Source of the DNA: Scleropages formosus
Taxonomy: Eukaryota
Direction: 5' to 3'
Length of the DNA: 64,000 nt
Assembly (NCBI RefSeq): GCF_900964775.1
Contig: NC_041813.1
Coordinates: 31,864,960-31,928,959, forward strand
The number at the start of each line of letters is the position of its first letter. Position 1 is the first letter of the stretch. Below, in pieces: positions 11,274 to 22,100 of the stretch. The notes below the pieces were generated by a model. That model ran no database searches. It was not told where the DNA came from and saw only the letters and a program-made list of their open reading frames with translations. Both the position numbers and the translations under genes were made by a program.

Positions 11274-14268
11274 CTGCAGGTGAAGGTTGTGTGGAAAACT
11301 ACGTAAGAGCCAGGAAGAGACTGTGTTGCTTGTGTGAATCATCACATGCTGAACAAAGATCGCAGCTGGGGTGGACAGAGCCGCCTCGAGCCAGGGGTGG
11401 AAAACCACGTGGGAGGCTGCGTTTTGGGGAGGGGCAGGCACGCTGTGGGAACATTGCTTACCACGCTGGTGTTGACGTAGTCGGCGCTGGTGTTGCCCTC
11501 GCTGTCGATGCTTTCGTGCGACATCCCTGGGAGCGGCGGAGAGCAACAGTTAGCGACAGTGAGCCACTGCATCGGCATCCGGTAGCAGAGCGCTGCTATG
11601 CTGACGGATGGGCTGAGCCCTGGTGGGTGGGCACTACTGAACCAGGGAGGGGGCAAAGTTACCTGTCCATGGAAACAGCAACTGAGAGCGACCGGTGTCC
11701 GGACAGTGTCTACAAACTACTTAATGGCTCGTGTGTCTTATTCGTATCGAGCAGTTTCAGCTCTATCAGTTATCGATAACTGCTTGTCCAGGGCAGGAGC
11801 ACAGTGCTCTGTGCACAGCACAGCCTCTCCTGCAAGCACAGGCTGTGTGGCTGAGTGCTCACTAGACAGGATGTTGCTACGTCGCAGGGCAATCTCTCTC
11901 TCTCACACTCGCACACACACGCAGTATAGGTACCTTGGAGGGACCAGTTCACCTGAGAAACATCTTTGGACTGTGGCAGGAAGCGTGAGCACAGGGAAGA
12001 CCTTCGAACTCCACAGGGACTAAACCGCACTGAGACGTGCAGTAGCGGTACCCGCTGAGCCACCGTGCAGTCCATCATCATTCCGTAGAAGCAAACGCGT
12101 CTTAATTGCGCCCGACATTGTAGCATTGCAGCAGTCGAGTGTGCAGAGCAAAGTCCCGTGTTACATTATGTCTTTCCAGCAAATTCAAAAGTGTGAGTTC
12201 GCTCCCCTCCCCCTGCCCAGCTTAGACAACAGTTTCAGAAGCATCTAAATGTGGAAGCTGCACTTAAGTGGCGGGGGGTATTTTGACTGACCTGGTGTTA
12301 AGGCAGGGGCATTGCGGTCTGGCATGTTGATGTAGTTCTCGCTGTTGTTGTCTGCAGACACACAGCACAATCAGTGATGTAATAACAGCGCAAAGCTGGG
12401 CCCCCCCCCATGCCCACTCTGCTTTGTGGACACATGGGGCTGGAGCTCCTCACCGCGTGCCAAAGAATCCAGCGTGAAGCCACCGCTCATCACGCCTAGC
12501 ATGTGGCGCGAGAGTGGAGCCCTTACCAGAGTTGTCATCCTGAACGTTCACGTAGTCCTCGTGACCTGTGGGACAGGCGAATGCAGCAAATGAACGATAA
12601 AACGAGCGTGTCCTGACACGGGTAAAACGGTGTGACGGCACACGTGCACCAGTAGCCTACCTGAGCTCTGCACGGACAGAATGCTGTTTTGCGAGAGACT
12701 GACGGAAACGATGGGCACCGAGTCCGGCAGCACCTCTCTGAGAGGAAACGCACACACACACAGGAGAACAAGTTTTTTTTAATTTTTTTATTTTTGAAAT
12801 GTATATTTAGGTTCTCTTGTGACACTAAGGTGTGTGAACAAGACCAATTTTTTTTACATTTAGAATGAAGTTAATTGTGGTGATGTGTGGCCTGTTTTAG
12901 ATGGACATACAGTCAGATAAAACTTAGTGAACTTTTATGGAACAAAAGTACACAGCACATTTACACTGAAACGCAACATGCTGGAGTCACGTGACCTGTG
13001 GGCGCGCTGTCTCGACACATGCTGACAGTCCTGTCCAGGGGACTCGCTGCATATGAAAGCTCGTTCTTATGGAACGGAGCTCATTTTGAGCCCAGTGTAT
13101 TATGGCCGTTATTAGTATATTTATTCACGGACAGAGGAATGCGGTGTGGACTTTTCATACGAGTCCAAAAACTCACATGTAGTTGTCCGGGTTGTCGTCC
13201 GGGTTGTCGTCCGGGTCTTTGTTCACATAGTCATCTGTGTCAGGTGCACAAAGGAAGAAAAATAATTGGATCATTTTCAGTGTATGTGTTGAGGAATTCT
13301 GAGTCACTGCGCACCCTAACCCTCCACCCCGTTTCCTACAGGCGAACTTTGAACGCCCAACTCCGGGATGGACACGGTACCTTGATCGGAGCCAGGATTC
13401 TCGTAGCTGGGAATACTTTCTCCTGCAGGGAACAAGATCCACGTCAGCGAGCGAGTAAACAGCAGAAAATGAGGGAAAGGGACGGAGAGGACAGAGAGGG
13501 CAGCGAGGCGACGTGCCGGTGACTGACCGTCGTTCGTCGGCGTGAAGGAGGAGTGACGATTCGCCTGCAGTGGAGAGCTGAGACAGATGGTAAAAGCTGT
13601 TAGGACACAGGCTCGAACACTCGTGTAGCGTTTCGGTGTGTGCGCGGCAAAGGCGGGAGGGACCCACGTGGCGTACAGTTGGTTGGAGGACTGTCCAGAC
13701 CCTGAGCTGCGGATGGGCGGCTGGTACATCACCGTGGCTGCGGGACACAAGAGCGGAGAGCGCTGTAACTCTTTGGGTCACATGTACAGCATCACACAAG
13801 CGCCCCCATTATTCACCACCGCTCATGAAAACTGAAGAAGGACGACTTCAGATAGTTACGTGCTGGTCGTACAACCCGGAATCCCGGCGTCGGCTGGTAC
13901 CTGGTGGACAGGGAGAGGGGGGTTATGTGATTTCGGCGGGACCTTTGGCCGACCTTTAGGGGGCCCACTGAGAAACAAGGTGCTGCTTACTGTTCGTTCG
14001 CGTCTCCGTCACGCAGGTTTTGAGGGATGGAAGCTGGACGACGACAACAGCAACAACAACATTATTGAGCACAACGCACGGCGCGTCTCACCATCGGCCC
14101 CCAGTTTGCCCCCCTTCCCCCTCCCTCCCTCTCTCTCTCTCTCTCCCCGGCTCCCTCCTTACTGCGGTTCCAGGGGCCTCCGCAACGGATGCACAGGCCG
14201 GCCAGCATGGCCACAGACACGACGAGCAGGGCTCCGTTCATCAAGGCATTGAGGAGTGCTTCTTCCAT
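11190..14268 (-). CDS. lat: Linker for activation of T cells (LAT orthologue, highly diverged). CDS span, at least 9 coding exons.
   Basis: The ATG exon encodes MEEALLNALMNGALLVVSVAMLAGLCIRC: MEEA start, a single transmembrane helix and a juxtamembrane CxxC palmitoylation site, as in human LAT (MEEAILVPCVLGLLLLPILAMLMALCVHC). It is followed by small phase-consistent exons carrying Grb2/Gads-type YxN motifs: SYENP, DDYVNK, EDYVNV, ENYINM and ADYVNT. It lies directly next to spns1, as in human. Confidence 0.75.
11462..11526 (-). CDS. lat: lat exon with YVNT motif
   Basis: ctcccag|GGATGTCGCACGAAAGCATCGACAGCGAGGGCAACACCAGCGCCGACTACGTCAACACCAGCGTG|gtaagc encodes GMSHESIDSEGNTSADYVNTSV. Confidence 0.65.
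12292..12351 (-). CDS. lat: lat exon with YINM motif
   Basis: tctgcag|ACAACAACAGCGAGAACTACATCAACATGCCAGAC...CCAG|gtcagt encodes DNNSENYINMPDRNAPALTP. Confidence 0.62.
12527..12565 (-). CDS. lat: lat exon with YVNV motif
   Basis: cccacag|GTCACGAGGACTACGTGAACGTTCAGGATGACAACTCTG|gtaagg encodes GHEDYVNVQDDNS. Human LAT has two YVNV sites. Confidence 0.68.
12661..12737 (-). CDS. lat: lat exon
   Basis: ctctcag|AGAGGTGCTGCCGGACTCGG...AGCTCAG|gtaggc encodes IEVLPDSVPIVSVSLSQNSILSVQSS. Phase 2 in, phase 1 out, which bridges the neighbouring exons exactly. Confidence 0.55.
13177..13234 (-). CDS. lat: lat exon with YVNK motif
   Basis: acacag|ATGACTATGTGAACAAAGACCCGGACGACAACCCGGACGACAACCCGGACAACTACAT|gtgagt encodes DDYVNKDPDDNPDDNPDNY. 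It carries a 15-nt tandem acidic repeat. Confidence 0.65.
13381..13720 (-). CDS. lat: lat coding exon 3 (YENP motif). May be split by an internal intron.
   Basis: An open frame from acceptor gtaccag|CCGCCC runs to donor CAAG|gtaccg (phase 0 in, phase 1 out) and ends ...GESIPSYENPGSDQ. The middle part (…SVLSVPFPHFLLF…) looks intron-like. An alternative is a donor at AACGACG|GTCAGT (about 13497) plus an acceptor ccctgcag at 13422. Confidence 0.4.
13860..13900 (-). CDS. lat: lat coding exon 2
   Basis: ccaccag|GTACCAGCCGACGCCGGGATTCCGGGTTGTACGACCAGCAC|gtaact encodes (S)TSRRRDSGLYDQH. Restores phase 0. Confidence 0.45.
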
Positions 14269-14280
14269 CGCAGCAGGGGT
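14163..14280 (-). CDS. lat: lat ATG exon
   Basis: Acceptor cccacag sits 12 nt upstream of the ATG (minus start at 14268), which implies an upstream non-coding exon. Coding part is 14163-14268 (MEEALLNALMNGALLVVSVAMLAGLCIRCGGPWNR). Donor GTAAGG. Phase 1 out. Confidence 0.75.
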
Positions 14281-15250
14281 CTGTGGGCCACGAGAGCAGA
14301 GGGCTGTGTCAGCGCTTTGACCTTTTTCACAGAGGCCAGAGTGACGTTCTTGCCCGAGCCTTAACCGCCTCCTTCGGATCCACTTGCGTGCGCTCTCTGA
14401 ACGTGCGTCACCGTTAGCGTGATTCAGGATCCACTGTCTTTGTCTAAAGCTCTTCGTCGCTTGCTGATGCACTTCGGGACACTGCAGGCTGGAAGTCGTT
14501 TTTGGGAAAAGCGCCAGGTGCGTAAACGTAAATATGCTTTTTGCACAGGGCAGAGATACCATGTTCATATTCATAACCATGTTTCACACACAGGGTAAAG
14601 GGGCCCGTTCACATCTGAGCCTGACGCATGTTTCTTGGATCATTTCTTTCGAGTGCTCCAGTTCCGAAGACCCTGTCAGTGCATCACAAGCTGCTGTTTG
14701 ACAGGATTTTTCCACGGTGAGATGTTTCTTCTGCTTGCTCTCTCTCTCTCTCTCTCGCTCGCTCTGTGCGGTTGAATTCAGTTCTGAATTGTCAGGAAAC
14801 GGATTTCCTGTATTTTACAGCGAAATTAATCCAGGGCCTTTTCTCATATGTTGAACCCAAGAGCGCGCATAACAATACACACCATTTACACACATGTGCG
14901 AGCAGACACTGTGTTTCTGAGCCGGGCTGGACGCGTGCAGCTGTGTGCCGAGCTCCGCTGGCATCGCCGAGGCCACCTGAGAGGAGACGCACCGAATGCC
15001 GCGCAGCTACCGTTTCAGATCTTCTCGCTCCCCACACACTCGCAGAGATAAAACAGCACCTCGTAAACACTTCGAAATGGCGGTGCTGCCCTGCCGCCGG
15101 AGCACACACCCTAACGGGAGGTTCGAGTAACGTTTTAACCTGGAAGCCCACTACTTCTCCCAAAAATCCTCATTTCACACTCAGGGATTACATAGAGCCT
15201 GTAGGTGTGAGGACAGGGGACACTGGTGTGTGTTCTCCTCAGCTGTGCAT

Positions 15251-15254
<4 letters not shown>

Positions 15255-15295
<41 letters not shown>
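15255..15295. repeat. (GT)20 microsatellite
   Basis: tgtgtg... tract between lat and spns1. Confidence 0.9.
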
Positions 15296-15298
<3 letters not shown>

Positions 15299-15659
15299 GG
15301 TGTCGCAGCTCCCTGCAATCCTCCATCTCATACTGCAGGTCAAGTGCAGAGGCCTCCAGGCCGCGAGTGCAGCGTGACTGTATTCCAAAGGTACATCGCA
15401 GGGTCTCCTGGGGTTCCTTTCTTTCTCCCCAAGGCTGTGTTCCACACCTAAGATGTGCGTGTGAAACAGGCGAAGACACAGCGGAGACGAGCAGGCATGG
15501 GGGCGGGAGGGGAAGAACAGTCACGCACACAGAGAGACCGTCCACAGTTAGGAGGAGCAGCCCTCGAAATGCCTCACCGCACCGACGAGGCTCGTGTCGA
15601 AAGGACACATTTATACGTGTTTTGTGCACCTTGAGATCATGAATTCAGAGCGATGTACG

Positions 15660-15765
15660 TCTTACTGTGTCAGTCGAGGGAAGTACCTTGATCATGGCTA
15701 CCGCAGTAGTGAGCAGGGATTTGAACCCGCGACCTTTCCATTGCAAAAGTTCTAACTGTACACTT
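15660..15765 (-). mobile_element. SINE family C fragment (head only)
   Basis: The reverse complement reads ...ggtcgcgggttcaaatccctgctcactactgcggtagccatgatcaaggtacttccc. Confidence 0.55.
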
Positions 15766-15829
15766 TACATACCAAAGACACCAGAGTAAAGTAGGACACA
15801 CAGATCCTGAGAGAGTTGATATTGAGGCC

Positions 15830-16400
15830 AAAGTGACCCTCCTGCCCAGCGGAGACACGCGATGCCCGAAGATGAACCCCCAGCCCAAAGGGCGCGGAAC
15901 CTACCAGCTGCTGGAGGCGCTGGTGCCGGCTCGTCGAGGTGTCGGCGGTACTCACGGGTTGCGCAGGTGGTGGCCGGTGGTGCTGGTGACAGCAGCTGGG
16001 AGCGGAGCAACGGCGGTGGCGGCAGTGGCGGTGGGATCGGGCGCTAGCCGTCCACACGGGCTCTCATAGCGCTGCGAGCGCACGGTCAGAACCTGAGCTC
16101 CGCCATCTTGGATGGCGCCAGCAGCGTTGACGGTGGGCCTCTCTGCTTCGCTCGTCCTTCTCTCTCCGTACACCTGGGCCCACGCCTCTCCCGTCTCGCA
16201 TCCGAGCTGCTCTCCCTTGTCCTCGACTCTCCTCTCTGGGTGTCTTCTTGCTCCGACCACCTCCTGCCCGTCTCTCCGCCCTCGCATGTAGACGACTTCT
16301 GTCGTTTCCCCTCCCTCCCTCGCTTGCTCGCTCACTCGCTCCCACCGCCACTCTCTGCCTCTCTCTCTACCCTAAAACCGCTCCCTGGCTCCTTTATCGT
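15830..16400. promoter_or_regulatory. CpG island with palindromic YY1-type element. Candidate TSS and non-coding exon 1 of lat.
   Basis: GC- and CpG-rich block between lat and spns1. 16096-16125 reads gagctccGCCATCTTGGATGGCgcc, so the minus strand reads AAGATGGCGG. A GTGAGT donor lies on the minus strand at about 15950, and an acceptor sits just before the lat ATG. Confidence 0.4.
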
Positions 16401-16606
16401 GCCGATCACAGCAAGTTCTTTCAGCATCTCCGAGCTGTAACGTTTTCCCGAGCAGGCCGAGCCGCCAGCCTCCAGGAGCACCAGTCCGCCACCAAAAGGT
16501 GCTTTTTACACACGGATTTGGTGGGCTTTCATATTTCATAATGTGCAGAGAGACAACTTCTCACAGCTGCATTTAGTGTGTCCAAGTGTGTGTTTGGGGA
16601 CAACAG

Positions 16607-16800
16607 GTAGCGTAGTGGTTAGAGCTGCTCCCTTTGGACCCAAAAGGTGACAGGTTCGCATCCCACCTCTTGTAGTGCCCGTGAGCAAGTACTTTCCCTA
16701 AATTACTCCAGTGAAACTTGACCATGCTGTACGAATGTGGAAATAATTATGAGGAGCTGGACTTTAAGTTGCTTTGGAGAAAAGTGTCAGATAAATGTGT
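16607..16800 (+). mobile_element. tRNA-derived SINE (family C)
   Basis: ggtagcgtagtggttagagctgctccctttggacccaaaaggtgacaggttcgcatcccacc...ccctaaattactccagtgaaac...gctttggagaaaagtgtcagataaatg. Confidence 0.7.
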
Positions 16801-18940
16801 CTGTGTGTGTTGACCTCTGGCCCCTTTTCAGGTATTACTTTTTTACTGTTACAGTGTTTTTCACCTTTACCTCTGTTCAGCAGAGCTGCTGACATGGTTT
16901 TATCATGTTTACCGCACTTGCGCTGGCTGCTGTGACCACAGTGGAAACTCCAGCGCAGTGCCGCAGCGCCGCAGCCCACCAAGGAGCAAATACCCCTTGA
17001 CCGCGGGAAAAGGGCCACCTGCTCCACATAGACACCTCCTCCGCTACCATGGCTCCACCGCTTCTCACCGGGCCACAAACAGGAAGTGAGACACAGCGGA
17101 AGGAAGTGATCCGTTATCCCTCAAAGACAGAGCACAGGAAGCTCAGCAGAGAGACGACGCTCGAAACGGTGAGGTTCTCTCGGGCTGAGCAGCTTCTCCA
17201 TTTCAGGGCAGGTTGTGTGCTCGGCCCATCCACAGAGGCATTGGACAGCATGGAGGGGATGGGGGCACCAGCTGTCTACACTCCATGCGCACAACACACA
17301 CACACACACTGTTGGTGAGCAGGGGGTGCCAGGTGGATCGCAGGGTCTGCCCCCCCACAACAGCCACACTGTCGCCATGGTAGCGGCAACAAAACCACAC
17401 CAAACAGCGTGAAAGAAGAGAAACCATCCAGGAACACTCTCGCCATTTATTGTGCATGTATATAAAACATTACATGTTAGGATTTAACAAGCATTGTAAC
17501 AATCATTGACTATTGCTTCTCTCAAAATAATGCATGTGTTAGAATGTACAGTTAGTGTCCCTGCTGGAAAATGACGTGCGGTTTCTGCAGGTGTCGAATG
17601 TCACCGCAGATGGAGCCCAGAAGTGACGTGAGAATTGAGGGATATCGTCAAAATCATCCGATCCATTAGTTAGAGGAAACGGAGCTGCTTCCTAAAGCTG
17701 GGGGAGCAGCTCCACGTGACACGGGAAAAGCGAAGGCCCCCAACAAACTGCGAGCACATCGACGCTGCTAATGAAGAAACACTAGTGTTAAAGCAGGCAT
17801 TACGATTATTCTCAAAACGTCGTTGAAACGTGACTAATGTATCGTACCAGTGTGAGCCAAACAAGTCTTAGTTCACAGTACGGTAAATGTGCAACACAGA
17901 CTCTCTCTTCAAGCAGTGCGAAGCGGGACTCACCGCAGCGGCCCGGGCTCCCACTTCCACAGCGAGTGAGCCAAGACACCGCCGACGACCTAAGACCGTT
18001 AAACGAAGTTATGCCAAGAGGCCCTGAAGGCGGGAGATGCTCCCGGCCTTCCCCGAGCGGTATAGCGACAGTGTAAAACACGGCACTGGGTGGCACACGC
18101 CAGCACTCCTCCTCCTACAGAGTGAACGCTCAGGGCCGGGGGGCAGCGCTCCCTGCGGAAGTTCATCCGCCGCGTTCTTACACGTCTATGTGCCTCTGCA
18201 GGGGGCCGACGCCACTGGCTCTCACTCAGCGTGGTTTGGGGAGTCGAAACGGCATACAAGCCAGTGTGGAAAAACACTTCTCCGTACGTTGCTGGTCACA
18301 CACGCTATGACAGTCGGCCCATCGTTCCCTACAGCTCAGGCTGACTCTGCGCAAAAATGTCAGTTAACAGTTCAGTTATCCAAGTGTCACCCGTTTCAAA
18401 TCTGTTTTTCGCACTCAAGTTGAATTGGTCCAGCACACAAGGTTTATTAATAGTAATTGAAACAAGCGACCAAAGTACAATAACAATAAATAAAAATCTG
18501 GTCTACACAGAAAACCAAACAACCTTTGACTTCATACCAGCGTCACTGCCAAGAACTCGGCTCAACTCTTCACCAGTCGCGCACGCAGCAGCCAATGGAA
18601 TACAGTTCTCCTGGAGGGGGCGGGGCATTCCCTCGTTCCTCTCGTCAAATCAGAACGCTCGACACCGGCACCTTCGTGGACCTGCCTCTCTTGGGCACGA
18701 CTATTGGTTCATCACCTGACGAAGGAAGAAGAGGACGGATGTCCCAGTCAGCAGTCGCTTTCTGCTACATACTTGCAGGGAAAGAGTGAAAAATGAGTCT
18801 CGCGACATGTGACACGCTTGTTCCTCTGACCTTCTGCTCACACTTTTTATTAGGGAGGCAGCCAGCCAAATAATTCATGACCAGAGCTGCACGTCCTGAC
18901 GGCCCAGGGACCCCGGCAGCGCTGCCAGAGAAGGAAGGCG

Positions 18941-19117
18941 TCACTCACCCGAGTGCGTGTACTGCTCAGCGAGGTCCCGGTCTTGCTCGATGAAGAGGGC
19001 GGTGGCTAAAAAGGAAGCGCCACCCAGTACCGCCACGAAGCAGCAGAGCAGGAGGGAGATCTGAAGGGAGCGGAACTGCCACAGGTACGACTCGGAGCGA
19101 CGCAGGGCGTCAGACAC
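18941..19117 (-). CDS. spns1: spns1 terminal coding exon
   Basis: [58 protein letters not shown]. The stop TGA at 18941-18943 overlaps a GTGAGT, so a further short 3' exon cannot be excluded. Confidence 0.7.
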   Translation of the reverse strand: MSDALRRSESYLWQFRSLQISLLLCCFVAVLGGASFLATALFIEQDRDLAEQYTHSGE

Positions 19118-22100
19118 CTGAGGGACCGCCGTGTTACTGCAGCACGTGGCAAATGAGCACCTGCCTTTTCAACATTTCCTTCAACACACACTGACATCGA
19201 TCCACTTAGCAGATGCTTCTCTCCACAGCGACGTACATCTCAAAGTGAAACACTAAGAGCGCATCGCATCACATCACCTCCCCCTATGGACTGAGTGTGG
19301 TTGAGATTGAGGAGTCCTTTAACCACTGCGGTACCTTTTGTCCATCCTACATATGTGAGTGGCACGGCGGCACAGCGAGTAGCGCTGCTGTCTCAGCTCC
19401 TGGGTGGCACGAGAGGACGTGGCTTCGATCCCCGCTCGGTCTGTGTGGAGTTTGCATGTTCTCCCCGCGCCTGCGTGGGTTTCCTCCCACGGTCCAAAGA
19501 CATGCTGTTAAGTTTCCCCATAGTGTGTGAGTGACAGAGAGAGAGAGTGTGTGTGTGTTCCACTGACGTATGGATGAGCGACCCAGTGTAAGCAGTGTAT
19601 CTAGCAGTGTAAGTTACCGTGGTGAATAAGGTGTGCGGGCTGATAACACTACATAGATTTCATTGGAAGTCGCTTTGGAGGAAAGCGTCTGCTAAATGAA
19701 TAAATGTAAATGTGAGTTACCACTTACCACTCCGATCAGATATGGGCTTCCCGCATCGCCAAACAGGTGGGAGAGAACGATCTGGAAGGCCTCCGCAGTG
19801 GACCGGCGCGTGGGGACAACTACATACTGAGAGAGACACTCATCTTAATCTCTCCGGGGCACTGAAATACGAATCACGAGGCATCACTTGTGTCTACGGC
19901 ACCCCTTTCGTCCATCACCGCTGTCGTTCCAGTCCTGAACCTTAACTGTTTCACTCTATCCCATGGGATTACTAGAAAAGCAGCTCTCTCCCCAAATCCA
20001 ACATGTGCCTCAGCAGAGAGCTCTGGCCTGTTACATGGGACACTCACCAGCAGGATATCAGCTACGATGGCCCAGTTCATGGACAGGAAAGTCTCTCCAA
20101 AGAATATGAACACCTGGAAGGAGGGGGAAGGGCGGCACGTTAAAGATTCGGCAACGTTTACCATTTCCTGCGAGCAAAACACTCTTAACCAAAGCGAAAG
20201 TAAAAGAGAAAGTAGGGAAAGTAGTAGGTGGAGAATGACAAATACTGGGGTTCACAGGCAATGCCCCCAATGTGCGGTGGATATTATTTTCATCCCCTTA
20301 CAGGAAGGGAGGGAGAGCGTCTTACATAGGTGGCGATGATGCTGCCCTGGGCACAGATGATGGACAGGAAGAGGAAAGGAGCGGCCAGCAGGAGTCCAGC
20401 GGCACACACGAGGGGGTCTGCCCGTGGGTTCCGCTTCCTCAGCCACCCGCTGAGCGCCACGCCGCTGGCCACGCCCAAAAAACCCGTCACACAGGTGATC
20501 ACGCCGAAGTACAGGCTGCCGGAGGGAGAGCACACGTGTGGCACAGCGCATCAGCATTTCACGAGTCGGTTACTGCAAGACGAAAGCACACGCACATCTC
20601 CCACACCAAAGGAGCTTCTCTACAGCCAACGTATGCCTCCCTGTGGCTTTGGCACCTTCTCGCCGCAGCTCACGTAATGAAGAAGTGACAGTTTGACAGG
20701 TCGCTCTCGCGGCCGTTTCTCGTCACCGACAACATTGCTTTCATGGTGTTTTTCAGCCCCAGCTTCAGCCACGTTAAGTTCTCACACGGCCTCCCACCTC
20801 TGCAGCTCCAGCAGAACTTCCAAGTTCTAGTGCCACACAAAGACGCTGGAAGCGCTACAGAGAGCAGGGTGTCTTTCGCCTTTTCTGTCCCTCTCCTTTT
20901 CCTGCCTCTTTTTGTTCTGCTGGTCCCGTTAGAGCGACACCAGTGGACTTGATCTCTTTCACTGGCTCGGGATACAGAGTGGCTGCGGGGCCTCTTTACT
21001 GGTACATTCGAGTGCTCCGTGTCCATAAGGATCAGCGTCAAGCCCCGAAAACGTGGCCAGTGTTCAGCGTGCAGAGGTGAGATACTCGGCTAAATTAAAA
21101 GGCAGTGATTGAAAGCCCATCTTTCCTCTGTCATTACTGGACGTACGCATGACGGGAGAGCTGACAACAAGGATGAGGACGCAGAACAAGTGCTGGGAAT
21201 CTGCTATCACAAGCTTCACGGAGACCGGATCGACAGGCAGGTTTCAGACCGAAATCTCCAGTGTGACTCTCCGCCGCGTCAGTAAATTGAATAGACGACC
21301 GAGGAAGTGTGGCCCGGCGCTCAGAGTTGGCCTGCTCTCTCTGGAGGAAGTGGTACAGAGAAGGACCCTCGACAGAGAGCCACCTGACATCGTCACTGCC
21401 GACTGGCTCCAAAATGTGTCTCTCTCGCTGACGGGGTGGTACTGACCTCATGTTGTCCAGGGGGTACTGAGCTATTGCCTGCGCTCTCCTTTACCAGTTT
21501 AAATGTGATCTCCTGCAGTGTTGTAGGCGTGTGGCTCTAGCCTCGTGTCATTTACCTTCATTCATTCATCTGACGCGTCTCTCCACTGCACCTTGCCCTG
21601 TAGAGGTGCCTCCTTGCAATTGTTTACCCAGGAATTTTTCCTGAAGAGCTTCCAAGGAGCACCTTGCTCCTTGGAGTTGGAGTTGCGACCTTTCGGATAA
21701 AGCAATAGATGAGAACGTGATTTATAGAGACACGCACCTGTCCGAGTTGTCGCAATTCTCAGAGACACAGGGGGCCTTCTCTCTGGTGAAAACTGCCGCT
21801 CTCAGGAGGAAGGTGGGCGCCCAGAGGGCCAGCGAACCCGTGACGAAAGCCACAGCGGTGAAGCCCAGGGTTGACAGGATGAAGCTGCGACTGATAAGTG
21901 AGAAGCAGGACACGGTCACCACAGTAACACCCACAGTGCCAACGTGCCCGTTTCTGACGCCACGGAACCCACTTCTTGCCGAGGGCCTTGATATCCACCA
22001 GCCAGCTGGTCCTCTGCAGGCTGTGTTCGGGCCGCGCTTCGACAGCGCCGCGCTTGGGCTCCTTCACCACGATCAGCAGGAGCAGGACCGCCACCAGCCC

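Noticed and set aside
13173-13799. 208-aa and 144-aa minus-strand ORFs over the lat locus
   Set aside because: These are read-throughs of several small lat exons and their introns. Only the YxN-containing segments bounded by AG/GT sites are taken as coding.
15952-16335. 127-aa minus-strand ORF in the CpG island
   Set aside because: Arg/Gly/Ala-rich GC-driven frame without ATG support. The region is better explained as a promoter or 5'UTR exon.
16607-16690. Possible tRNA genes (tRNA-like cloverleaf-forming segments at 16607, 22300, 29230 and 59380)
   Set aside because: Each is the 5' head of a SINE that continues into a conserved body and tail. A/B boxes are degenerate and no CCA or terminator context is present.
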